Numbered from the stretch's first letter, positions 1 through 10,240 are shown. The stretch: DNA of 40,386 bases from Bacillales bacterium (GCA_016282415.1 JAEEKO010000012.1:1-40386); one strand, 5' to 3'. Numbers and translations are program-made. Notes: generated by a model from the letters alone, not told the origin.

Positions 1-156
1 AGAATCATCAAATATTTCTTTTATTATTAAATAATCGTAATAATCTTTATCTTCAGCATTCCTATATTTATAATAAGTCCTTTTGCTTATTTCTAAAACA
101 GCACACATATTTGAAACCTTATATTCATTTATATATAAGTTAATAAATGTTACTTT
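1..156 (-). CDS. IS3-family transposase OrfB, N-terminal fragment. It lies in the -1 frame relative to orfA and is truncated by the window edge.
   Basis: My own translation of the reverse complement of 1..156 gives KVTFINLYINEYKVSNMCAVLEISKRTYYKYRNAEDKDYYDYLIIKEIFDDS. The segment (V)CxxLxISxxxYYxY is the HTH_21-like start of IS3 OrfB. The frame stays open upstream across the orfA stop, as expected for programmed -1 frameshifting. Confidence 0.75.
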
Positions 157-425
157 CTCTCTCGTTGTGCCTTTAGGAAGGCTTGGTATTTTTTTAGTAT
201 TTCATATCTCTCTTTATAATCAATGTTTTTTACACTTTTTCTACCACGTGAATTATTTATATCATTAATTTGATTCCCTTGCTTATGATTTTTTTCTATC
301 CAATGCCACACTGTTCCAGGAGATAAACCATATCTTTTTGCCAATTGTGGGTAGCCACCAAAATTACCAGATTTATATTCATCTATAACTTTCTGCTTAA
401 ACTCAATAGTATAATGCTTGCCCAT
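150..425 (-). CDS. IS3-family transposase OrfA (helix-turn-helix DNA-binding part)
   Basis: 91 aa. The sequence MGKHYTIEFKQKVIDEY...GYPQLAKRYGLSPGTVWHWIEK has the HTH and leucine-zipper-like tail pattern of IS3/IS150 OrfA. The stop is TAA at 150-152. Confidence 0.85.
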   Translation of the reverse strand: MGKHYTIEFKQKVIDEYKSGNFGGYPQLAKRYGLSPGTVWHWIEKNHKQGNQINDINNSRGRKSVKNIDYKERYEILKKYQAFLKAQRERK

Positions 426-523
426 AAAAATAACACCTTACTTTCTTGAGATGTTATTCTATAACAAATTACTCTTTTTTAAAAGTGTCCAAAATAGGGT
501 TCACTTCAATTGATTCATCTTTT

Positions 524-2848
524 TTATTTAACATACTTTTCAGCAGTTTTAATAAGATCTTTGGTACTATATATTTTAATTTTATAATACTTATCAGTTT
601 TCTTTAAAATAATTTGATTATGTTTTTTATCTAATCCAACCAGATTATCAATAGTTGCAATCTTTTCATAATCTTTATTTAATACTAAACCTTCAATATC
701 ATTAGTTAAATGAATATTGCCATTATTATCAATACCAACTAAACGTGTTACCTTAGTAGCATTCTTAACTGTACTTAATAGTTTCTTGGTTTTAGTATCA
801 TAAACTTCTAAAGTATGATCTTTATATGTAAATATCATAATATTCTTAGCTTTAACTTCAACATAACTAGTTGCTAAATCTTTTTTATTTGATGGATATT
901 TAGCTATATTCTTGGTTACATCAGTATCCTTAATAACATCTGATTTATATTCAAATTTATCTAAAGCATCCATCTTATTATTAATTTTGTCATAAATAAT
1001 TACACGATTATCATTATTTGGAATTGCTAAGAAACCATTGTCAGTATATTCATATGATGCATATTCCGTAACATTCAAATCAAATAAATCTGGGTTTTGA
1101 ATCGCATCTTTATATTTTGATCCGCAAGCATAATAATTACCATCACTTGTAAAAACTAAGAAATTATCAGAATTTAAAAATACCAAAGCCTTTAAGGTTG
1201 ATGCTCCAACCGCATAGTTTCTTATTTGAGAACCATCTTTAGTATCTAAAACATAACCAGATGATCCAGCAGCAACATATAAAGCATTATGATTATCACT
1301 TAATGCTATTAAGTTGCTAAAATTGTTATTATATTTTTTACTCCAAATAGTATCCATACTCTTTAAATTAATTTTATAAATATTCATACTTTCTGAACCA
1401 GTATTAAAAGTGTTGTTTAGTAAGTATAAATCATCCTTATAAATAATATATTGATCTCCTAATAAAGAATCAAACTTCATTTCTTTAGCTTTTAAAGTAT
1501 TTAAATCAATAATATTAACTACTTCTTCAGTTGCTTCTTTATCACTTAACATTGATACTTTAACAGTAAAGATTAAATAATCATCAGTTATTGCGGTAGT
1601 AGTATTATATAAATGATCACGATCAAGCTTATGAGCATATACCTTTTTAAAATTATAATCATATACTTCTAACGAAGTTCCACTATAAACAACTAAGTAT
1701 TTATCAGATGAGTTAACATAAGAGACTCCTTTAAAGGTCTTTACTTTCTTACCTTTGAAATCCCTAATTATCATATTATTATCATTTGCATAATAAGCAA
1801 TATATTTATCACCTATAAAATCAAAATAGAATTTATTGCTTACATAATTATATAAATCATCATATTTTTTTAGTACTTTATTATTTTTTAAATCATATAA
1901 AGTTATTGTACTTGAAGTGTCAGTTATTAATACTTTATCTCCTTTATCATTAGCTTTCATGTAGTTAGCTATTCCTAAAGTATCAATTTGATCAACTGCT
2001 CTATTAGTTATACCTAAATCATATACCCCTAATGCCGAAGTAAGACTGTCAATGGCTTCACTAGTTTTAGGCATTTTCATACCATCATATTTAGTTAAAG
2101 CTTGATATGATTTAGTAATTGCGCTCATGCGATCATCATTACTTAAATCGACATTAGCTTCTTCAGCTAGTTTTAATGACCATAAATTTAATATGGTGCT
2201 TTGTTTACTCTTAATAATAATTAAATTCGCTGATGCATATATCAAAAAGAATAATAAAACACCGGTTAATGTTCCAAAAATACGAATCATATTTTTTACT
2301 TTTCGTTCATGATGTCTTCTTTTTAAATCATCATAATTCAAATTAAACATTGGTGCAATTAAACGTAATAATTCTTTCTTTAAATTTGCTAGTACTTCTT
2401 TTTTCGATGCACCACGGCAATCTAAAGCAAGGGGTTCAACCGCTTTTTTGGTTTTTTCATCATATAATAATTCTTTAGGGAAAGAATCAGCTGGTTCCCC
2501 TTCTACTAAAACAGCTAAAACATGGCTACGACCATGAAGTTTAATAAAAGTTTCAATTTCTTTTTTACACCAAATTGATTCCTTTAATCGTGGTGAACAA
2601 ATAACAATTAAATATTCACTGTTTTGTAATGCTTGAATAATTGGATCCTCTAAACTATTAGCAAGAGGTAATTCTTCCTGATCACGGAAAACACGTTCTA
2701 TTTTTGTTTTTTCTAAATTGTTCGTCTTAATAATACTTTTTGGTAATTTATAAGTTTCTAATAAACGATGTAGATTAGTTGCAACAAACTTATCTAAATC
2801 ATTATGGCGATAACTAATAAATGCATCATATTTTAACTCTTTAGACAT
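524..2848 (-). CDS. Transmembrane TIR-domain protein: N-terminal cytoplasmic TIR, one TM helix, C-terminal extracytoplasmic beta-propeller-like repeat domain
   Basis: 774 aa. Residues 7-120 (DAFISYRHNDLDKF...LIVICSPRLKESIWCKKEIETF...LAVLVEGEP) show TIR hallmarks. A basic stretch RRHHERKVK precedes the hydrophobic helix IRIFGTLTGVLLFFLIYASANLIII (aa ~187-213). About 550 aa of recurring blades follow, for example TITLYDLKNNKVLKKY, SLEVYDYNFKKVY, GYVLDTKDGSQIRNY and TLEVYDTKTKKLL. Confidence 0.8.
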   Translation of the reverse strand: MSKELKYDAFISYRHNDLDKFVATNLHRLLETYKLPKSIIKTNNLEKTKIERVFRDQEELPLANSLEDPIIQALQNSEYLIVICSPRLKESIWCKKEIETFIKLHGRSHVLAVLVEGEPADSFPKELLYDEKTKKAVEPLALDCRGASKKEVLANLKKELLRLIAPMFNLNYDDLKRRHHERKVKNMIRIFGTLTGVLLFFLIYASANLIIIKSKQSTILNLWSLKLAEEANVDLSNDDRMSAITKSYQALTKYDGMKMPKTSEAIDSLTSALGVYDLGITNRAVDQIDTLGIANYMKANDKGDKVLITDTSSTITLYDLKNNKVLKKYDDLYNYVSNKFYFDFIGDKYIAYYANDNNMIIRDFKGKKVKTFKGVSYVNSSDKYLVVYSGTSLEVYDYNFKKVYAHKLDRDHLYNTTTAITDDYLIFTVKVSMLSDKEATEEVVNIIDLNTLKAKEMKFDSLLGDQYIIYKDDLYLLNNTFNTGSESMNIYKINLKSMDTIWSKKYNNNFSNLIALSDNHNALYVAAGSSGYVLDTKDGSQIRNYAVGASTLKALVFLNSDNFLVFTSDGNYYACGSKYKDAIQNPDLFDLNVTEYASYEYTDNGFLAIPNNDNRVIIYDKINNKMDALDKFEYKSDVIKDTDVTKNIAKYPSNKKDLATSYVEVKAKNIMIFTYKDHTLEVYDTKTKKLLSTVKNATKVTRLVGIDNNGNIHLTNDIEGLVLNKDYEKIATIDNLVGLDKKHNQIILKKTDKYYKIKIYSTKDLIKTAEKYVK

Positions 2849-2871
2849 TTAAATCAACTCATTTCAAAATT

Positions 2872-2878
2872 ATTATAA

Positions 2879-2880
<2 letters not shown>
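2872..2880 (-). promoter_or_regulatory. Extended -10 promoter element TGTTATAAT for the TIR gene
   Basis: The minus strand reads TTTTTTTTGTTATAATAATTTTGAAATGAGTTGATTTAAATG. This is a TGnTATAAT match 24 nt upstream of the ATG and immediately after the ligA terminator T-run. Confidence 0.5.
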
Positions 2881-4892
<2,012 letters not shown>

Positions 4893-6965
4893 CTATAATT
4901 TTTTTAAATTCTTATGGGTTTTCATAATCTTTTTAATGCCAATGTTCTTACTAAATGCAACCGATACAAAATCACCATCTATTGCTACTATTGTACCACT
5001 TCCATACATTGTATGGATAACACGATCACCAACAATGTAATTTTCAGTACTTGAATAAATATCTTTTTTATTAATAACGGCTTTTTCTTCCATTTGTGGA
5101 TTAACAATATCTAAGTCATCAGCATTTACTTCACTAATAAATCTTGATGGTGGATTTAATTGTTCATTACCATACAGAATTCTTCGCTTTGCATTAGTTA
5201 AATAAAGTCTTTTCTTAGCGCGAGTCATTCCAACATAACATAAACGGCGTTCTTCTTCGATACCATTTTCTTCATTAAAGGAATTAGCGTGTGGGAAGAT
5301 ACCCTCTTCCATTCCAACCATGAACACAACATCAAACTCAAGTCCCTTAGCACTATGTAAAGTCATTAAGGTTACCGCATTTTCATAAGTCTTATGTTCA
5401 GAAATGTCAGCAATTAAACTTATTTCTTCTAAAAAATCATTTAAATTGACACTGCCCGTTCTTTCCTCGAAGGAACTAGTAATTGATTTAAACTCTTCTA
5501 AGTTATCTAATCTTAATTCATTTTCTAATGTGCTGTCAGTTTCTAGTTCATGACGCATTAAAGACTTATCTAAAACATCCTCAATTAATTCCGTAAGAGA
5601 TAATGATTCACTATCCTTAGTTAATTCCTCAATTAATTGTTTAAATCCTAATTCTTTATCAGTACTTAAGGCATCGTACATAGAAACACCTTTTTCATTA
5701 GCTAAATCTTCTAATTTAGTAATGGAAGATTCACCAATTTTTCTTTTCGGAACATTTATAATTCGTTTTAAACTAATATTATCATTCTTATTAGCAATTA
5801 ATCTTAAATAACATAATAAATCTTTAATTTCTTTACGTTGATAAAAATAGTAACTACCTACTACTTTATATGGAACATTAGCTTTAATAAATTGTTCTTC
5901 AACTAAACGCGATTGACCATTGGTGCGATAAAGAATAGCAATATCTTTATAATCAAAGCCACTTAATGTTAAACGATTAATTTCATCTAACACTTCTTTA
6001 ATTTCATGTTTATCATCATAAGCACGAATATATTTAGTTTTAACCCCAGTACCTAAATTACTAATTAATTCTAGATCTTTACGTTCTTTATTATTCTTAA
6101 TAACGGCATTAGCAGTGTCTAAAATATATTTAGTAGAACGATAATTTTGATTTAAAGTAATAACTTTACAATCCGGATAATCACGTTCAAAGTTTAAGAT
6201 GTTTTTATAATTAGACCATCTAAAACCATATATTGCTTGATTAGAATCCCCTACTACAAACAAATTCTTTTCTTTTTTCGCTAGTAACTTAACTAAATTA
6301 TATTGTACTTCATTAGTATCTTGATACTCATCAATTAAAATATACGGATATTTATTTTGATATTTTTCTAAAATATCAGGATTAGTATTAAATAGATTTA
6401 CTGGAAGTAATAATAAATCATCGAAATCAACACAGTTATTATTTTTTAAAGTTTCTTGATATTTTAAATAAATCTCATAAGCTTGTTTTTCCGGTTCAGT
6501 ATTAAAGTAACGAATAATATCGTTTTCTGATAACATTTCATTCTTAATAAAACTAATACGATTACGGACATAACTAGGACTTAGTGATTTAATGTCCATT
6601 CCTTTATCTTTCATAACTTTTTTAATAATACTTAAAGAATCATCCGAATCCATAATCGTAAAACTTTTAGTTAATCCTAAGTGTTCACATTCATTTTTAA
6701 CAATACGTAACCCTAAACTATGGAAGGTTCCTAAAAAAACATCATTGGATGGACATAAATTATTTAAACGTTCTTTCATTTCTTTAGCTGCTTTATTGGT
6801 AAAAGTAATTGCTAAAATATGATAACTTGGTATCCCTTGTTCAATTAAACGATTAATACGATATGTTAATACTTTGGTTTTCCCAGATCCAGCTCCTGCT
6901 ACTACTAAACAAGGCCCATTAAGGTGTTCTACCGCTAATTTTTGTTGTTCATTTAAATTGTCCAT
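4893..6965 (-). CDS. pcrA: ATP-dependent DNA helicase PcrA/UvrD (SF1)
   Basis: 690 aa. Walker A is AGAGSGKTKVLT. Other helicase motifs are DEYQDTN, VGDSNQAIYGFR, TLHSAKGLEF and VGMTRAKKRLYL. The pcrA-ligA pairing is the classic Firmicute arrangement. Confidence 0.96.
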   Translation of the reverse strand: MDNLNEQQKLAVEHLNGPCLVVAGAGSGKTKVLTYRINRLIEQGIPSYHILAITFTNKAAKEMKERLNNLCPSNDVFLGTFHSLGLRIVKNECEHLGLTKSFTIMDSDDSLSIIKKVMKDKGMDIKSLSPSYVRNRISFIKNEMLSENDIIRYFNTEPEKQAYEIYLKYQETLKNNNCVDFDDLLLLPVNLFNTNPDILEKYQNKYPYILIDEYQDTNEVQYNLVKLLAKKEKNLFVVGDSNQAIYGFRWSNYKNILNFERDYPDCKVITLNQNYRSTKYILDTANAVIKNNKERKDLELISNLGTGVKTKYIRAYDDKHEIKEVLDEINRLTLSGFDYKDIAILYRTNGQSRLVEEQFIKANVPYKVVGSYYFYQRKEIKDLLCYLRLIANKNDNISLKRIINVPKRKIGESSITKLEDLANEKGVSMYDALSTDKELGFKQLIEELTKDSESLSLTELIEDVLDKSLMRHELETDSTLENELRLDNLEEFKSITSSFEERTGSVNLNDFLEEISLIADISEHKTYENAVTLMTLHSAKGLEFDVVFMVGMEEGIFPHANSFNEENGIEEERRLCYVGMTRAKKRLYLTNAKRRILYGNEQLNPPSRFISEVNADDLDIVNPQMEEKAVINKKDIYSSTENYIVGDRVIHTMYGSGTIVAIDGDFVSVAFSKNIGIKKIMKTHKNLKKL

Positions 6966-6988
6966 ACTATCAACACCATTCTTATATA

Positions 6989-6997
6989 ATTATACCA
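6989..6997 (-). promoter_or_regulatory. Extended -10 element TGGTATAAT upstream of pcrA
   Basis: The minus strand reads GATATTTGGTATAATTATATAAGAATGGTGTTGATAGTATG. It lies downstream of the terminator at 7040..7065. Confidence 0.5.
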
Positions 6998-7039
6998 AAT
7001 ATCATGATTAAAAACTATATCTTTACAATCTTTTAGACA

Positions 7040-7065
7040 TAAAAAAATGGTTATTTCTAACCATT
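7040..7065 (-). terminator. Rho-independent terminator ending the five-gene operon 9641..7057
   Basis: The minus strand reads AATGGTTA-GAAA-TAACCATT followed by TTTTTAT. The stem overlaps the TAG stop of the 70-aa gene. Confidence 0.8.
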
Positions 7066-7269
7066 AATTTTTTCTTTAAATAAATCTAAAGCTTCACTAT
7101 ATTCACTGTCTTTGACAACTTCTAGAAATTCGCTATTTCCAACTTTTTTAACTTTTCTAATTAAAAAATTATTAGGATTATCAATATCAACTAGATAAAC
7201 GTAATCTAAGATACGATGACTAATTAAATAATCTATTCCATTAATCATTACAAAACTTACTCGGTTCAT
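7057..7269 (-). CDS. Small acidic protein, DUF1292-like (weak call)
   Basis: 70 aa. The pattern INGIDYLISHRILDYVYLVDIDNPNNFLIRKV...EFLEVVKDSEYSEALDLF resembles DUF1292/YrzB-type proteins. The RBS is GGTGG. The start lies 1 nt after the upstream stop (TAGtATG). Confidence 0.7.
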   Translation of the reverse strand: MNRVSFVMINGIDYLISHRILDYVYLVDIDNPNNFLIRKVKKVGNSEFLEVVKDSEYSEALDLFKEKING

Positions 7270-7270
7270 A

Positions 7271-7684
7271 CTACGCCACCATTTGATTCTCTATTTTTTC
7301 CAAATCCCCTGGCTCATAATCCTTCATTGTAATATTATTAATATTTTCACTTTCAAGATAAGCTTTTAAATCAGCTTTTCCAAGATTATGGTTATTGTTA
7401 ATAATATCAAAGATCTCTTGAGCTTTTTTATAGCCATATTTCATAGCAATGCAATAAAGTGAAACCGCTTTATTATCATTATCAATTGCTTTAGCAATCT
7501 TTTCGTTTTCCGATAATTGTTTATCTTCAACTACTGTTTTCTTTTTTTCTGCCTCGTGGCGATTTAACATATCCACTCTTTGAGCATCAAGGATAGAAAA
7601 AATACCAATATTTATTGTCCTTTGAACATCAATTGGTCCACGTTTTTTTTCGATTTCTTCTTGCGTTTTGAAAGTTACTGACAA
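7271..7684 (-). CDS. Hypothetical cytosolic protein; probable TTG start
   Basis: 137 aa. There is no ATG near the 5' end. The RBS GAAGGTGA is followed 4-5 nt later by TTG at 7684. No TM segment and no recognisable domain. Confidence 0.7.
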   Translation of the reverse strand: MSVTFKTQEEIEKKRGPIDVQRTINIGIFSILDAQRVDMLNRHEAEKKKTVVEDKQLSENEKIAKAIDNDNKAVSLYCIAMKYGYKKAQEIFDIINNNHNLGKADLKAYLESENINNITMKDYEPGDLEKIENQMVA

Positions 7685-7699
7685 AATGTCACCTTCTAT

Positions 7700-7987
7700 C
7701 TATAAAAATTCTACAACCCTAATGTCTTCTTTTAATCTTTCTACTAATGATTCTTTATCATATTTATCAAAAATACCTCTAAATGTTGATGGTTCATTTA
7801 AGAATATTTCATAATACTTAACAAATATATCACGATAATTATCAACACCTAGATCTCTTAAATAATCTAAATTTACCGTTATTAGTTTTTTATTGTCTCT
7901 AATAGCTTCACATAATAATGTAGATGCGGAATTATTAATTGCTTTAATTTGTTCTTTAGTAAAACCTAAATCCTCTAAATACTTCAT
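7700..7987 (-). CDS. Hypothetical helical-repeat protein (mTERF-like LxxLG[FV] repeats)
   Basis: 95 aa. It contains YLEDLGFTKEQIKAI and LDYLRDLGVDNYRDIFVKYYEIFLNEP. The start overlaps the upstream stop (ATGA at 7984-7987). Confidence 0.75.
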   Translation of the reverse strand: MKYLEDLGFTKEQIKAINNSASTLLCEAIRDNKKLITVNLDYLRDLGVDNYRDIFVKYYEIFLNEPSTFRGIFDKYDKESLVERLKEDIRVVEFL

Positions 7988-8316
7988 GCTGCTTTAACAA
8001 CTCCTTTAATGTCTTCCAAAGCTTCTGGTTTTTCATAACCAATTAAGTGAGCTTGAAAAACGTTGCTAGCACTTAAATCAACATCTCTTTCTTGTAAAAA
8101 TTTAACCTTATCTTCAAAAAAGTCATTACATACACAACTTACTAAAGAATAGTTAGATTTACGATTTAATTTTTCAAATGATATACTAGCTAATTCAAGA
8201 TTTCTTTCTACTAATTCTGGATCAGCAAGTGATAATGTTGTTTTAAGCTTATTAGCACACTTACTAATATCAATTCCATACTTTTCAAAAAGTGCTACAT
8301 TATTACAATAATTCAT
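7984..8316 (-). CDS. Hypothetical helical-repeat protein, same repeat family
   Basis: 110 aa. It contains LFEKYGIDISKCANKL and VKFLQERDVDLSASNVFQAHL. The RBS is GGAGGA with a 6-nt spacer. Confidence 0.75.
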   Translation of the reverse strand: MNYCNNVALFEKYGIDISKCANKLKTTLSLADPELVERNLELASISFEKLNRKSNYSLVSCVCNDFFEDKVKFLQERDVDLSASNVFQAHLIGYEKPEALEDIKGVVKAA

Positions 8317-8333
8317 ATGAATTCCTCCAAATT

Positions 8334-9641
8334 TTAGTAAGCCATTAAAGGTACTTCTCTTGGTTCTAATCCTTTTTCTTTAATACGGTCAATAGCTTCT
8401 TTTAATTCATCATAACTATATTTAATTAATACACGAGCATTAAAATAAATATCTAATGTTTCTTTACCATTATTCATTAATAAATCAATTTTATCTTTTA
8501 ATTCTGAATCATAGAATAATACTGGATTCTCAGTTAAGATATCTAAATCAATACCTAAATCTTTTAATGTATTAATATTATTTTTAAATGTTGCTTCATC
8601 AAACTTACTTTCAAGTTCTTCTAATGCAAATTGATCAATATCTAAGTAATCAATACCAGCATCATTTAATAAATCACGCATTGATTGTTTACTATTTTCA
8701 CGATCTAATTCTTTTTTCTCTAATTCTAATGTAATAGTTTGTGCTAAATCAGAATCATTAACTTCATCATTTTCATCTAAAACAATTACATCACTATCTT
8801 CATTAACATCAGTGTCATTTAAATCTTCAACACTAAAACTATTAGTATTTTCTAATTCATATTCTTCATTAGCAAAGACTGGTTCTTCAATAACGATTTT
8901 TTCTTCTTCAACCTTTACTGGTTCATCATCTAAAACATTATCATTAGCTTCTTTGATAACTTCTTTAATAGATTTTCCTGATGTATCTTCGTTATAACGA
9001 CGATCATATTCAAATAAAGCATCTTCAGGGAACATTAATAATTTAGCAGCTTCTCTAGCTTCTTCACGATCTAAATCAAATTGTTGTAATAAATCAATAA
9101 TTTGGTCACGAGTAATATTAATATCACCAGTTAAAGCCATATCAAAATATTCATTTAAACGTTTTTGATTAACAATTTCAGCATCTCTCTTCAAACTTAT
9201 TTCTTCAATTGTAGTTTCAGCAAGACTAGCTTCTTCTTCAACATCTTTAAGTTTATCTTTAGCTTCATTAATTTCATCAGAGATTTTATTAATTGTTTCT
9301 GGTAATTTCTTATCAAGAGTTTCTTTAATAAGAGTTGGTTCGAAATCAATATCTAAACGATCAAGAACAGTCTTAAAATCATCACGATTAATACCAGCTA
9401 AAACAATACCTAATTGTTCACCTTGTTTATTAAGTTCATTGTTCTCTGCTTCTAAATCAGCAATTTTAGTTTGTAACTCAGATTTTTCTTTAGAAGTACG
9501 TTCTTTACTTTCTAATGCACTTTGTCTTTTACGATCCATTTCGATTAAGATAGTACTATCTTCTCCACGGAAATTATAAAGTTTGTCTAATAATGCTGTT
9601 GTTTCTAATGATAGCATTTTACGTTCGATCACATCGACCAC
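8334..9641 (-). CDS. Hypothetical coiled-coil, acidic-linker and helical-repeat protein
   Basis: 435 aa. The N-terminal half is coiled-coil (KEKSELQTKIADLEAENNELNKQ). A D/E-rich linker follows. The C-terminus carries repeats: LLNDAGIDYLDI, INTLKDLGIDLDILTENPVLFYDSELKDKIDLLMNNG and IDRIKEKGLEP. The start is GTG at 9641 or, better spaced from the RBS GGGAG, GTG at 9632. Confidence 0.8.
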   Translation of the reverse strand: MVDVIERKMLSLETTALLDKLYNFRGEDSTILIEMDRKRQSALESKERTSKEKSELQTKIADLEAENNELNKQGEQLGIVLAGINRDDFKTVLDRLDIDFEPTLIKETLDKKLPETINKISDEINEAKDKLKDVEEEASLAETTIEEISLKRDAEIVNQKRLNEYFDMALTGDINITRDQIIDLLQQFDLDREEAREAAKLLMFPEDALFEYDRRYNEDTSGKSIKEVIKEANDNVLDDEPVKVEEEKIVIEEPVFANEEYELENTNSFSVEDLNDTDVNEDSDVIVLDENDEVNDSDLAQTITLELEKKELDRENSKQSMRDLLNDAGIDYLDIDQFALEELESKFDEATFKNNINTLKDLGIDLDILTENPVLFYDSELKDKIDLLMNNGKETLDIYFNARVLIKYSYDELKEAIDRIKEKGLEPREVPLMAY

Positions 9642-9702
9642 TCCCTTATTTTAATCATATTCTTCTATTTAAAATTATAGCAATAATCAAGTTGAAAGTA
9701 AA

Positions 9703-9734
9703 GAAAAAAAGTTACCGCTTAATGGGTAACTTTT
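9703..9734 (-). terminator. Rho-independent terminator after the 9735..10115 gene
   Basis: The minus strand reads AAGTTACC-CATTAAGC-GGTAACTT followed by TTTTTC. Confidence 0.75.
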
Positions 9735-10115
9735 TTAACTAGCAATTTTATTTTTATGATTGAGAACTAAGAAATTTAAATCTTGGTCAACATGACGGAA
9801 AATGGTGTTATGATCATGTAATTCACACTCATAACATTTTTTAATAGCATTAAAGGTTGTTCGATTATAATCACGAGCAGCTTCAGTTTTAGAACCGCAA
9901 ATTTTTTGTAAGTTTTCAATATAAGCTTTATTTAATCCTAGTTTATTATAAAGTTGAATAATTAATCCGATACGTAAATAATAAGTACGTAATTCGCGAG
10001 CTTTTTCACTAATAATTTCTGTTTCAATACGATGTAATTCAGCTTCATATTTTTCAAATAATTCGGTAATATCTTTGTTTATAATACTTGTTTTTACCAT
10101 TTTAATATTTTCCAT
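9735..10115 (-). CDS. Hypothetical cytosolic protein
   Basis: I trimmed the ORF to the ATG at 10115 (MENIKMVK...) because AAGGAAG lies 7 nt upstream. There is no recognisable domain. It is monocistronic, with its own promoter and terminator. Confidence 0.7.
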   Translation of the reverse strand: MENIKMVKTSIINKDITELFEKYEAELHRIETEIISEKARELRTYYLRIGLIIQLYNKLGLNKAYIENLQKICGSKTEAARDYNRTTFNAIKKCYECELHDHNTIFRHVDQDLNFLVLNHKNKIAS

Positions 10116-10149
10116 AGTTTCACTTCCTTTTTTACAGCAGATGTTCACA

Positions 10150-10178
10150 ATAATAACAAACGTTTATTTAGATGTCAA
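10150..10178 (-). promoter_or_regulatory. SigA-type promoter for the 9735..10115 gene
   Basis: The minus strand reads TTGACA (10178-10173), a 17-nt spacer, then TATTAT (10155-10150). Confidence 0.6.
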
Positions 10179-10192
10179 GGGTTATTTATAAT
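10164..10192 (+). promoter_or_regulatory. Candidate promoter for the ABC transporter operon
   Basis: TATAAT lies at 10187-10192. The -35 (TTATTT) is weak at 17-nt spacing. The element is back-to-back with the divergent promoter. Confidence 0.35.
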
Positions 10193-10240
10193 GAACAAAA
10201 ACCGTCATATTACATACTCTATTAGTGAATGGAGGAATTT

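Larger units (their letters stand above)
1..503 (-). mobile_element. IS3-family insertion sequence, partial. One terminal repeat, orfA and the first 52 codons of orfB are present; the element runs off the window start.
   Basis: orfA (HTH) is followed in the -1 frame by an open frame with a typical IS3/IS150 OrfB N-terminus. The candidate terminal inverted repeat on the minus strand is TGAACCCTATTTTGGACACTTTT (503 down to 481), starting with the IS3-type TG. Confidence 0.8.

Noticed and set aside
83-268. 61-aa plus-strand ORF opposite the IS3 orfA/orfB junction
   Set aside because: It is antisense to clear transposase coding sequence. It has no RBS and a hydrophobic, low-complexity product.
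524-2848. TIR gene as part of a Thoeris-type or other multi-gene TIR defence system
   Set aside because: No ThsA-like (SIR2/Macro-SLOG), STING, Argonaute/APAZ or other partner gene is adjacent. The neighbours are ligA (housekeeping) and an IS element. I treat it as a stand-alone protein.
10116-10240. Possible TPP or other riboswitch upstream of the NMT1/THI5-like (ThiY-like) ABC importer
   Set aside because: The leader is only about 45-50 nt after the candidate -10. I see none of the conserved TPP riboswitch cores (CUGAGA ... ACCUGA) and no terminator or antiterminator hairpins.
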